This document shows positions 55,833-64,000 of a stretch of 64,000 nt of DNA, one piece after another. A program made the translations under genes and the position numbers. Position 1 is the first letter of the stretch. Each line of letters begins with the position of its first letter. Origin of the DNA: a virus; the IMG/VR virus record IMGVR_UViG_3300046535_001489, positions 6,715-70,714 of that record, one strand, 5' to 3'. Under the pieces are notes generated by a model. The model was not told where the DNA came from. It was given only the letters and a program-made list of their open reading frames with translations, and made no database searches.

Positions 55833-56309
55833 ATGGCGGCAACTATTACTCTACAACAGCTGCTCAACGTAGGCAGCGCAGAAGCTTCGTTGGGAACAGG
55901 TAATCTTGGTACTTATGCTACTGGCGGGGTCGCTGTAGCGGCAAACCTCTTTGGCCTCCCCCGGCTGGGAACCCTCCTTATTCAATCTTCAGGGGGGTAT
56001 GACTTCGGCTACAACTCCTCGACCGGCAAGATTCTCGCGTATGGGTCTGGTGGTGTCGGTGCCCACAGCCACGATTTGGCTATTATCGGTGCTCAGGCTG
56101 CAGGTAGTACAGCAATTACTGCTTACTACGCTACTGATATTTTCGGCAAAGAAGCAGCCACTGATAAGACCATCGCAGGCGTTGATTCAGCGACCAAAGG
56201 GGGCATCTCCGCAAATACTGTGCCAACTTCAGGGGCTATCGGAGCCGAAATCGACAACGCAACTGACCTCTCAGCCATAACCTTCAGCTGGCGTGCCTCG
56301 ACCTCTTAG
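55833..56309 (+). CDS. Minor virion protein (paralogue 2)
   Basis: Shares AYYATDIFGKEA.T.KTIAG.DSATKGG with the previous ORF. Confidence 0.6.
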   Translation: MAATITLQQLLNVGSAEASLGTGNLGTYATGGVAVAANLFGLPRLGTLLIQSSGGYDFGYNSSTGKILAYGSGGVGAHSHDLAIIGAQAAGSTAITAYYATDIFGKEAATDKTIAGVDSATKGGISANTVPTSGAIGAEIDNATDLSAITFSWRASTS

Positions 56310-57001
56310 TGTATACTAAAAGCATGTCAAATGGAGTTATCGGAGTCTCTGCCGCAGAGCAGGGACGGTTTACATCGTTTTGGGCCTCTAAAGATGCCAT
56401 GTGGAAGCCTGCTCAGTATATCGGAGCAACTGTCTATAGCTCCAACATCGCAGGCAACCGCAATGAAATCACCCAAGTTATGCTCGATAATGCAGCAGAC
56501 TGGGTGCTTTACCTAGACGACGACCATATTTTGCCCCAAGACGTTCTCCCACGCCTCCTAGCAGCAGACAAAGACGTCGTTTCAGCACTCTACACTCAAC
56601 GCCAGCCGCCTTTTGACCCCGTGCTGTTCGACTCTGAAGTCAAAGGTGGTGGGCACATCAGGAAATCCCTCAAAAACGGCGAGCATGGGCTCGTAAAGGT
56701 CTCAGCAGCGGGGGCAGGGTGTTTGTTGGTGAAGCGGAAGGTGATTGAAGCCCTCACCCCGCCCTACTGGACCCTCGGGCAAATTGATGCGGGCAGCTGG
56801 GGAGATGATTTGGACTTCTGCAACCGTGTCAGAGCAGCAGGCTTCGACATCTACTGCGATCTCGACACATCAATCGGCCACAGCATGACCGGAGTCGTCT
56901 GGCCGGCCTACGATGCCGCCAACGGCTGGGTCGCCAACTTCAGCCGCAACGCTCAAGACCCCCCAATCGCTCAATGGCTGATGCCGATGAGTAATATCTA
57001 A
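56309..57001 (+). CDS. Glycosyltransferase family 2 (GT-A)
   Basis: RN, VLYLDDD (DxD), DVVSALY, AGAGCLLVKR and GDDLDFC...GF.IY.D...GH. Confidence 0.85.
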   Translation: MYTKSMSNGVIGVSAAEQGRFTSFWASKDAMWKPAQYIGATVYSSNIAGNRNEITQVMLDNAADWVLYLDDDHILPQDVLPRLLAADKDVVSALYTQRQPPFDPVLFDSEVKGGGHIRKSLKNGEHGLVKVSAAGAGCLLVKRKVIEALTPPYWTLGQIDAGSWGDDLDFCNRVRAAGFDIYCDLDTSIGHSMTGVVWPAYDAANGWVANFSRNAQDPPIAQWLMPMSNI

Positions 57002-57933
57002 TGGCACACGGACAGGACACCTTTCTTGAAATCACACGGGCGCTAAGACTCTATGTGCCAGAATTGCCAATTACTCTTGCTCAGCAGTTCATTCGAGACC
57101 GATATCGTCGTATCCTCGACCGGCGCGATTGGTCCGCTACACGCCGAGAGGCAGAGTTCCTCCTGGCACCCGCAAAAACCACTGGGACTGTTCTGCTGGT
57201 TCGTGGAGCTAGCACAGTTGTCGGAACCGGCACAGCCTTCGATGTTAATGATGTTGGCAGACAATTCAAAGCAGGAATAGGATCGCCAGTCTATACCATC
57301 ACTGCTGTTAACGACGTTAGCCAGACGCTCACTCTCAACATGCCGCTGGGAGTGGCATCAGATGCTGCAGCAGGCTATTGGGTACTCGACGCCTACGTCA
57401 CCCCACCCGTAGACTTTCTTCAATTCCTCGTAGCTGCCAACCCTATCCAAGGCTGGCGACTGCGCTTTTGGGTCACAGCTGAGGAACTATCGGTGATGGA
57501 CCCCCAGCGCACCTTCATGGGGCAACCATATGTGCTTGCAGATCGCATGTTCTCCGATGGCGGATTGGGCCTCCCACAGTTTGAAGCGTGGCCATATGCT
57601 ACCACTGCCCAAACTATCTACTATATGTATCTTATCCGCCCCGCCGATTTGGTCTCGCCAACGGATATCCCAATTTGGCCTATTCGCACTGATGCCATCG
57701 TTGCTGGCGCTCTTGCCGATGTAGCACGGTGGCCGGGGACACGGGAGACGCCAAACCCCTATTTTACTAGGCCGGAGTATTGGAAAGCCTACGAGATGGA
57801 GTTTGAGGATAAGATGGTGGAGATTGAGCGGCGGGACGAGTCGATCTTTATGACGCAGTTGCAGATGTATCCCTACAATAACCTTCCATTTTCTCCGCTA
57901 TCTGCTTCGTGGATTCAGAGTCATGCAGTCTGA
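57001..57933 (+). CDS. Head-tail adaptor-like protein with an inserted beta domain
   Basis: FIRDRYRRI...W start, inserted GTV....STVVGTGT module, FEAWP and IVAGALAD. Confidence 0.6.
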   Translation: MAHGQDTFLEITRALRLYVPELPITLAQQFIRDRYRRILDRRDWSATRREAEFLLAPAKTTGTVLLVRGASTVVGTGTAFDVNDVGRQFKAGIGSPVYTITAVNDVSQTLTLNMPLGVASDAAAGYWVLDAYVTPPVDFLQFLVAANPIQGWRLRFWVTAEELSVMDPQRTFMGQPYVLADRMFSDGGLGLPQFEAWPYATTAQTIYYMYLIRPADLVSPTDIPIWPIRTDAIVAGALADVARWPGTRETPNPYFTRPEYWKAYEMEFEDKMVEIERRDESIFMTQLQMYPYNNLPFSPLSASWIQSHAV

Positions 57934-58588
57934 TCGCTCTATGAATAATACAGTGGCATGTAGGGCAGACAAAAGTTAAGTTATCTAGTTTGCCATTCCG
58001 CCAGTTTCCGTCTTTATGGTGTACATGTAAAACTTCAGGTATTTCATTAAAGCCACACCGAAAGCAAATAAACGGAATACTATTTTCTTGGCAGTAGAGT
58101 CTATAGCGTCTACTATGTGTATGTCGTCCCCCTTCTTCAGCCTTTAAAGATTCTTGTCTAATCCGCACGGCACTACATGGTTTACTGCAACAAATACGGG
58201 GATTTTTAGGGGTTGTATAAAATAATCTTTGGCATATAGGACAATTAACTTCTACAGGTTTCCTCCTAGCATTTCCTCCTCCCTGCTTTCCACACTTTTG
58301 CGAGCAGTAGCGGGAATTCGGTTTATTAGGTTTTACAATAAAATCTTGGCTGCATATAAGGCAGGCTCGTACTTTACGCTGTGCTTTTTCAAACGACCTA
58401 GCGCATGCCCTAGAACAGAACCGAGTTTTAGCTGCCGCTGGTTGAAATTGCTGGTTGCATAACTCACATACTTTGGGGTCTAATCTATAGAAGGCCCATT
58501 TACAAGAGTATGAGCAAAACTTAGGGTAATTTCTTTTACGGTTGGGCTTCAGATCTTCGTTACACTGCGGGCATTGTCTGTGCTGCAT
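57848..58588 (-). CDS. HNH homing endonuclease with repeated CxxC...CS..C zinc fingers, antisense in the late arm
   Basis: Four C..C...(F/Y)CS..C-type repeats, then CFRCG...LHVHHKDGNWRNGKLDNL..VCPTCH. Confidence 0.88.
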   Translation of the reverse strand: MQHRQCPQCNEDLKPNRKRNYPKFCSYSCKWAFYRLDPKVCELCNQQFQPAAAKTRFCSRACARSFEKAQRKVRACLICSQDFIVKPNKPNSRYCSQKCGKQGGGNARRKPVEVNCPICQRLFYTTPKNPRICCSKPCSAVRIRQESLKAEEGGRHTHSRRYRLYCQENSIPFICFRCGFNEIPEVLHVHHKDGNWRNGKLDNLTFVCPTCHCIIHRAIRLHDSESTKQIAEKMEGYCRDTSATAS

Positions 58589-58598
58589 AATGTCCTTA

Positions 58599-58627
58599 AG
58601 TTTACCAAATCTAGCAGCTATTGTCAA
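58599..58627 (-). promoter_or_regulatory. Sigma70 promoter of the HNH gene
   Basis: TTGACA-17 bp-TAAACT with a TG extension, followed by AAGGA and ATG. Confidence 0.65.
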
Positions 58628-58636
58628 GGTTAATAT

Positions 58637-58852
58637 ATGGATAGTTACAAAACGCCATTCGGGGACGCGGTTGATAGTTCGCCAGTTCCTCATAAGGGTT
58701 CCGGCAGCGGCTCCTACGACGCCTCTAGCATCCCCGACACTCCGAACCGCGACGGTGGGCTCATCCCTGAGCTGACCTTCGACACCCACTGGGGCGAGCC
58801 GAAAAATAGCGGCCCTGTGACGAAATCGCCCTTTAAGGACGCGATTAGTTAA
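58637..58852 (+). CDS. Small protein with K(T/S)PFxDA motifs at both ends
   Basis: YKTPFGDAV ... TKSPFKDAIS. Confidence 0.55.
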   Translation: MDSYKTPFGDAVDSSPVPHKGSGSGSYDASSIPDTPNRDGGLIPELTFDTHWGEPKNSGPVTKSPFKDAIS

Positions 58853-59048
58853 GTGACTGTCGATCTCATCTACTGGGACATGGCTCCGTGGACTCCGCCG
58901 CCTCCGGGAGTATTTGTAACTCTCGAAAATGCTGGGCTTGGGGATGCACGGGGACTAACTGTAGCTGCCCACCACGGTTCGCTTGGCGGCTGGCAGGGGC
59001 TATTTTACAAATGGGTTCCTATCCGTCAACTTCTAAATAAGGTTCAAC

Positions 59049-59393
59049 ATGGCATTGCAGTCTTTCGGGCTCGTTACAATCGCATCGGGCGGCACCCCAG
59101 TCCGCTGCACAGCTAATGCTGCCGTGCCTGCAGCCCGTGTAGGAGTGCAAAGCTTTATGGTGCAGGCAGCAGCTGCCAACGCAGGGATTGTGTATGTGGG
59201 GACGGCTGATATGGTCATTGCAACAGGAGTAGGGGTACTTGCTATTCTACCAAAACCTACTTCAGCCACTACCGGCCCTTTTCCTAGTATCTCGTTTAGC
59301 ATCATGGACGCCCCAGCTGGCATCAACCTCAATGAAATTTATATCGATGGTACAACAAACGACGCAGCGTATGTTAGTGCCTCTTCGCAGTAA
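59049..59393 (+). CDS. Small beta-rich virion protein
   Basis: QA...NAGIVYVG...INLNEIYIDG jelly-roll-like motif. Confidence 0.6.
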   Translation: MALQSFGLVTIASGGTPVRCTANAAVPAARVGVQSFMVQAAAANAGIVYVGTADMVIATGVGVLAILPKPTSATTGPFPSISFSIMDAPAGINLNEIYIDGTTNDAAYVSASSQ

Positions 59394-59412
59394 ACGTCAG
59401 GAATAAAATACT

Positions 59413-60432
59413 ATGGCTATCTCATCTGGATTTGTACAACTACCTGACGATTCAGGCAATGCTGGTAAGAAGGAAGATCATATAGTCCTTTCTGGAGGCA
59501 ACTATAGAGAGGTTGTATCTATTGGAGATCCGGACTCCACTGGCATTGCTAAAGTTGCTCCGGTTAGTGCTACACTTGGACTAGCTGTAGAGCCCAAAGC
59601 CCTAGCACCAGGAGCTTCGACAGCTGCTAAACAGCCAGCTCTAGGTACAGCCGGTACGGCCTCTGCAGATGTCATTTCAGTACAGGGTATTGCATCAATG
59701 ACCCCGCTACTGGCTACTGGAACTGGGTCTGCGGGCACAGCGGCAACTGGGGTTGTGACAGTTCAGGGCATTGCGAGCATGACAAAACTGCTTGTGACGC
59801 CAGATTCAGTCGCTCTACCAGCAAACCAGAGCGTTAACGTCGCGCAGATGAACGGCGTGACGACATCAATGGGGTCTGGCGCCAACGGCACAGGTGTGCA
59901 GCGTGTTACAGTTGCGACAGATGATGGCGTCCAGACTAAGCTATCGGCCCTTATTAATCCCGGCCTGAGCGTGGCGGTATCGGTAACGCGGCCTTCCAAC
60001 ACAACCGCATATGCGGCAAATGACGTGCTGGGGCCAACTGGTGGCGGAACGGCCGGTATTGACTTCAATCTTGCGGCTGTTTCGGCTTCGAACATTATGA
60101 TTACATCGGCGTCCTTGGAGCGAGATGTCTCGGCGTTGGTTTCTGGTGAGTCGAGTTATAATTTGTATTTATACAACATCACACCGCCAAGTGCGCTCGT
60201 AGATAATGACCCATTCGATTTGCCGTCGGGAGATCGCGCATCATTCTTGGGCGTCATCAACCTAGGAACTCCTGTCGATCAAGGCAGCACACTCTATATC
60301 GGTACGGACGGCATCAATAAGCAGGTCAAATTGGCGGGCACGCACATCTTCGGTTATCTGGTAACAGTTGGTGCCTACACCCCAGCTAGTGCAACTGTGC
60401 TCAAAGTCACGCTCAATGCTGTTCAACTATAA
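59413..60432 (+). CDS. Tail fibre / appendage protein
   Basis: Ala/Thr/Gly repeats (VQGIASMT twice) and a C-terminal TRPSNTTAYAANDV domain. Confidence 0.6.
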   Translation: MAISSGFVQLPDDSGNAGKKEDHIVLSGGNYREVVSIGDPDSTGIAKVAPVSATLGLAVEPKALAPGASTAAKQPALGTAGTASADVISVQGIASMTPLLATGTGSAGTAATGVVTVQGIASMTKLLVTPDSVALPANQSVNVAQMNGVTTSMGSGANGTGVQRVTVATDDGVQTKLSALINPGLSVAVSVTRPSNTTAYAANDVLGPTGGGTAGIDFNLAAVSASNIMITSASLERDVSALVSGESSYNLYLYNITPPSALVDNDPFDLPSGDRASFLGVINLGTPVDQGSTLYIGTDGINKQVKLAGTHIFGYLVTVGAYTPASATVLKVTLNAVQL

Positions 60433-62147
60433 TGCCTACACCAGCCCTTAATGCCGTATTGTTTCCTGCTCGTACTGGTGGAACTATCTTATATGCTCTG
60501 AATGATTTTGAGTTTGGTGTCAATGACGATCTTGTAACAGCAGCAGCTCTGACCGCCGCAGAGCAAGGTACAGGCTGGGTGTGGACACAGAGCCGTACAC
60601 CTCTCGGGCACACAAGAATTACAACAAGCGGCAACGACAACTTCACCTTATTGGCAAATGTCAATGGCCATTCCATTGCCACAACCGGCACGCGGCGGAT
60701 TAATTTCAACCTCACTGAAGCAGTATCAGATGGTTTAACGCCAGTATACGAAATGATTACGGCGCTTCCGCCAACTAATAATATTACGCGCCTAGTGGTA
60801 ACAGGCTTTGTAACATTTGGAGCTACCGCTGCCGGTTTTGTTAGTATGGATATCGTCTGGATTGGTGCTGGACCCTATCTTACGATGCAGTTGAATATCA
60901 ATGGATCTGGGACAGAGGGTAGCGGTGGAGAAGTCCATATCGAAACACAAGTCGATGGAGGCATGACTTACAAATCAACCTCTATTCCCGTTACTCTCGA
61001 TACGACGTATTGTTATGAGTTGTGCTTCGATGGCAACACAGGGGCAATGGCGCTCATTCTCCGAAGCGCCGATCAGTCAACGTTGATTGGTACGTCTGGT
61101 AAGATTTCCAACGATGTAACAGCATCCACTGTGACCTTTGCCCAATTAACCGACTATCTCAACCCAGAAGCCGGTTATATGTATTACGATAAGTTCTCCC
61201 GCGTATGGGGGACTGGGACGCCGTTTCCTTTGTTTCCCTTAACGGTGCCAACCCCAGCAAACATTACATTGGAGCAACTAATTGTCGATCAGTTGGTATT
61301 CGAATGGGACTCACTAGCGTTGGGGTTTACCGTTGAACGAAGCTCCGACGCTGGAAGTAACTGGACTACTCTGGTAACCAATGAAGAATCAGTAGATCTC
61401 GGATCAGGAACAGCTGGTCGCTATCGCTATGAAGACGATACAGTGGCGAATACTGTCACTTACCGCTATCGCGTGACCGCATTTATTGGGTCCGCGATGT
61501 CTGCGAGCGCAACAAGCGCAGACGTGACAGTGAACAACGGCAGCAGCCCTGTCGCCCAGGATGATTTCGAGAGCTACGTGCCCGCAAGCAATCTTGGGTC
61601 GGCCTCGTCGGCAGCGAATTGGGAGGCCATCAATGACAACGTAGTGGTCTATAATCCTCTGCTCGTTGGGCCAGCCAGTGTATATGGCGGCGGTGCGGGG
61701 GGCACGACAACCTCGATGGCAAAAAGCACGGCCACCTTTAGCGCGAATCATCGCAGCGAGGCAACTGCTGTAACATTGAGTGCTGGCAGCTTTTCCTTTG
61801 CAGCCCTAGGCGTCCGCTGCCAATCCGGAGCTGCAACCTTCTATGCATTCCTCGTAGACGGATCGAATTGGTATGTGATGGATTTTATTGCTGCTGTTCA
61901 GCACGTCATTACAAACGGTACATCAACAGTCAGCGACGGCGATTTGTTCGCCATTGAAGCATCCGGTGCGGGGTCATCAACACGTCTGAAAATTCAAAAA
62001 TTCCATAGCGGATCGTGGACCGATATCGCCACAAACATAGACCCCGGCACAAGCCATTATATCGACAATGGGGCACCAGGTGTAGGCGGATCGTCCGCGA
62101 ATGCCACCTTTGGTCGTGTCGATGACTGGAAAGGATTTGACCTGTGA
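60432..62147 (+). CDS. Receptor-binding / tail appendage protein (lectin-like, FN3, lectin-like)
   Basis: FN3 motif W...F.VERS.D....WT.L...Y.D..V...TYRYRV.A flanked by beta-sandwich regions. Confidence 0.6.
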   Translation: MPTPALNAVLFPARTGGTILYALNDFEFGVNDDLVTAAALTAAEQGTGWVWTQSRTPLGHTRITTSGNDNFTLLANVNGHSIATTGTRRINFNLTEAVSDGLTPVYEMITALPPTNNITRLVVTGFVTFGATAAGFVSMDIVWIGAGPYLTMQLNINGSGTEGSGGEVHIETQVDGGMTYKSTSIPVTLDTTYCYELCFDGNTGAMALILRSADQSTLIGTSGKISNDVTASTVTFAQLTDYLNPEAGYMYYDKFSRVWGTGTPFPLFPLTVPTPANITLEQLIVDQLVFEWDSLALGFTVERSSDAGSNWTTLVTNEESVDLGSGTAGRYRYEDDTVANTVTYRYRVTAFIGSAMSASATSADVTVNNGSSPVAQDDFESYVPASNLGSASSAANWEAINDNVVVYNPLLVGPASVYGGGAGGTTTSMAKSTATFSANHRSEATAVTLSAGSFSFAALGVRCQSGAATFYAFLVDGSNWYVMDFIAAVQHVITNGTSTVSDGDLFAIEASGAGSSTRLKIQKFHSGSWTDIATNIDPGTSHYIDNGAPGVGGSSANATFGRVDDWKGFDL

Positions 62148-62509
62148 AATTTGTTATAGCAATGCTATTTGTTATGCTGCCGCATATGGCCATTGCGGCC
62201 GATCTCAAAGTACAATGGCAGCAAAACGCCGCAAGTGAAGGCGTCGTGTCCTATAATGTCACCATCGATGCGCTGGCTCCGCTAGTGGTTCCAAATATCC
62301 TGAATACCACCTGTAACTGTATTCAGGTTCTCGCCGCCTTCTCAACGGGACCACATACTGTTAAGATTTCCGCAGTGGCACCACTCATCACAGGGATTGC
62401 TGTCGATGGCGTCACTCAGCCAGACCAGTTTGCTGAATCTGCACCAGCAACACTCACTTTCACCCTCAACCCTGGTGGACAGATCAAAAACGTCACAGTG
62501 AAGAAATAA
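62144..62509 (+). CDS. Secreted FN3-like protein
   Basis: Signal peptide ending AIA-A; W..N...V.SY.V...GPHTV..SA. Confidence 0.6.
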   Translation: MKFVIAMLFVMLPHMAIAADLKVQWQQNAASEGVVSYNVTIDALAPLVVPNILNTTCNCIQVLAAFSTGPHTVKISAVAPLITGIAVDGVTQPDQFAESAPATLTFTLNPGGQIKNVTVKK

Positions 62510-62515
62510 TTCATA

Positions 62516-62788
62516 GTGATGCTCAACTTCAAACCCTCTCCCCTAACGGCCTTCAGGCTCGTTCGTTTACTCATTCACAAAAAGGAGATTACTATGTCTG
62601 CAGAACTCGATGCTCTTTCCGCTGTCATTACCGCTGCGATTGCTGTGAACCAGTCTGCTGCGGCGCTTATTCCTCTTCTCGTGACGTCTAGCGCGGCGGA
62701 TAAAACGAAGATGTCCGAATTGGCCACTGCGCTCAGCGATGCTTCGCATGCTCTCGATACCGTTGTAAAAGATAATACCCCTGCGTAA
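62516..62788 (+). CDS. Small helical protein
   Basis: ELDAL...VN.SA..LI pattern. An internal AAGGAG RBS suggests a later start. Confidence 0.5.
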   Translation: MMLNFKPSPLTAFRLVRLLIHKKEITMSAELDALSAVITAAIAVNQSAAALIPLLVTSSAADKTKMSELATALSDASHALDTVVKDNTPA

Positions 62789-62797
62789 GGTCTAGGT

Positions 62798-62905
62798 ATG
62801 AACATCCTCTCCAAATGCTGCAGAGCTACCATAGAAAAGGTCGGCTGCTGTACTCGAATCTGTAGTCAGTGCAAGAAGGTGCTCGTTAAAGGGAGCTATG
62901 AGTAG
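62798..62905 (+). CDS. 35-aa Cys-rich micro-protein (not in the ORF track)
   Basis: Translates as MNILSKCCRATIEKVGCCTRICSQCKKVLVKGSYE*. Confidence 0.45.
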   Translation: MNILSKCCRATIEKVGCCTRICSQCKKVLVKGSYE

Positions 62906-64000
62906 TTTTCTGCAGATTTGGGAGGATGTCGTTCAACCTGCGCCGACTGTTATGGTGAACCCCGGCTTCCTTGTGCAGCCGGAGAATCTTATTTATCACG
63001 GATGCTTTCGGCTTCCATCCTACCCACCTGACCGCTACGACTTCCCCGGAAAGGGGATGTGTTATAACGCGGCGAACAATTCTCTGTTTTGTGTAGGGTT
63101 TGCCTCTGAAGAAGGCTGTGGGGAAATGACTATCCCTGTGCCTATTGCTGGAGCGCCTAACCAGAATGCCCTCAATAGGGCCATAGCTATTCAACATGTG
63201 CAAGACCCCAGTGAAGGCAGCTGGGGTTCGCTCGCGTATGGGGCGGGCATCAATATGGGCGGCTTGCTGATGTATGGCGGGCGGCTCATTGTTACGTATT
63301 TTAGAACCTACGATGCCACTGGCGATCAGCCCTTTTCACACTGGGCACGCAACCCAAACCTGAGCGCACCTGGAGCATACGTTGGGCCAGTGACGCTCGC
63401 TGTTACAGACTTAGTTAATAATGTAACCCCTCACGCTGGGATGGTGTCAGGGTATATGGGGGATATCGCCCCAGCATGGCAAGCAGCATTTGGTGGACCG
63501 TGCTTTACTGGGCAATCGGGATTGTCTATTATTACGCGGACATCGTTTGGGCCGGGAGCCTTTGCTTTTGATCCTGCAAATATTGGAACAGTCAATCCTG
63601 TCCCGACAACTCCACTTGTATTTTATCCATCGAATCATCAGTCGCTAGGAACATGGGGTAGTGAGGCTCCAAACGATCAATTTAACGGTACGATGCAGAC
63701 GGGCGGAATTGTTCAGCCAATTAATACCGGCAGCGTCCTATTTTTTGGCGTAATCGGCATTGGAGAGTATCATTATGGAAACGGTACTGCCGATCCATCT
63801 TTGAATGGCACGCTGGTGCCGGGGTATACGGATAGATATTATTGGTATGACCCTGCAGTGCCGACACCCGGAGACCATGCATATCCCTATGTGGGGCGAG
63901 TATGGGCATATCGTGCAGTAGACCTCGCAGAGGTTGCTGCAGGAACACGGAATGCATGGGATGCTTTGCCGTATGCTGTATGGACGTTGCATACTGATTT
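62898..64000 (+). CDS. Large beta-propeller-like protein, truncated at the window end (not in the ORF track)
   Basis: AAGGGAG RBS; open frame MSSFLQIWED...LVQPENLIYHGCFRLP...SGYMG...SFGP...VWAY..DL running to the window end. Confidence 0.7.
   Translation, partial: MSSFLQIWEDVVQPAPTVMVNPGFLVQPENLIYHGCFRLPSYPPDRYDFPGKGMCYNAANNSLFCVGFASEEGCGEMTIPVPIAGAPNQNALNRAIAIQHVQDPSEGSWGSLAYGAGINMGGLLMYGGRLIVTYFRTYDATGDQPFSHWARNPNLSAPGAYVGPVTLAVTDLVNNVTPHAGMVSGYMGDIAPAWQAAFGGPCFTGQSGLSIITRTSFGPGAFAFDPANIGTVNPVPTTPLVFYPSNHQSLGTWGSEAPNDQFNGTMQTGGIVQPINTGSVLFFGVIGIGEYHYGNGTADPSLNGTLVPGYTDRYYWYDPAVPTPGDHAYPYVGRVWAYRAVDLAEVAAGTRNAWDALPYAVWTLHTD

Larger units (their letters stand above)
1..64000. mobile_element. 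Tailed dsDNA bacteriophage genome segment, podovirus-like and apparently lytic
   Basis: Terminase, portal, scaffold, capsid, adaptors, nozzle, ejection proteins, PolA, helicase and homing endonucleases, with dense overlapping ORFs. No host genes or integrase seen. Confidence 0.95.

Noticed and set aside
1-64000. CRISPR array, diversity-generating retroelement or retron
   Set aside because: No regularly spaced repeats, reverse transcriptase or TR/VR pair seen. The PD-(D/E)xK nuclease sits in a standard Sak4/SSB recombination module, not a cas operon.

Overview
The window is most of a tailed dsDNA bacteriophage genome with podovirus-type (P22/T7-like short tail) morphogenesis genes. No host housekeeping genes, integrase, rRNA, canonical tRNA or CRISPR array are visible. 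It has three blocks. (1) 1-13972 (+): neck/tail adaptors, nozzle, ejection proteins, holin-like gene, peptidase and phosphoesterase. (2) 13936-43449 (-): a long early/middle arm with nucleotide-metabolism genes, a UDG-fused family A DNA polymerase, SSB/Sak4/PD-(D/E)xK recombination genes, a helicase, an RNA ligase-like gene, a nucleotidyltransferase, a RapZ-C/PEP-utiliser/phosphatase trio, many micro-ORFs and several structured intergenic RNAs. (3) 43577-64000 (+): terminase, portal, scaffold, major capsid, decoration, glycosyltransferase, adaptor and tail/receptor-binding genes. The most unusual signals are these: (i) the polymerase is cut inside its proofreading domain by a translationally coupled 40-aa zinc-ribbon ORF; (ii) there are two non-canonical tRNA mimics, one anticodon-less with the G3-U70/A73 alanine identity and one with a 14-bp arm and a 6-bp kissing loop, among a family of stem-closed structured RNAs and alongside RNA end-processing enzymes; (iii) the large terminase is split in two; (iv) a cluster of sigma54-type boxes sits near the divergence point. 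All protein family calls come from motif recognition by eye, not from database searches.
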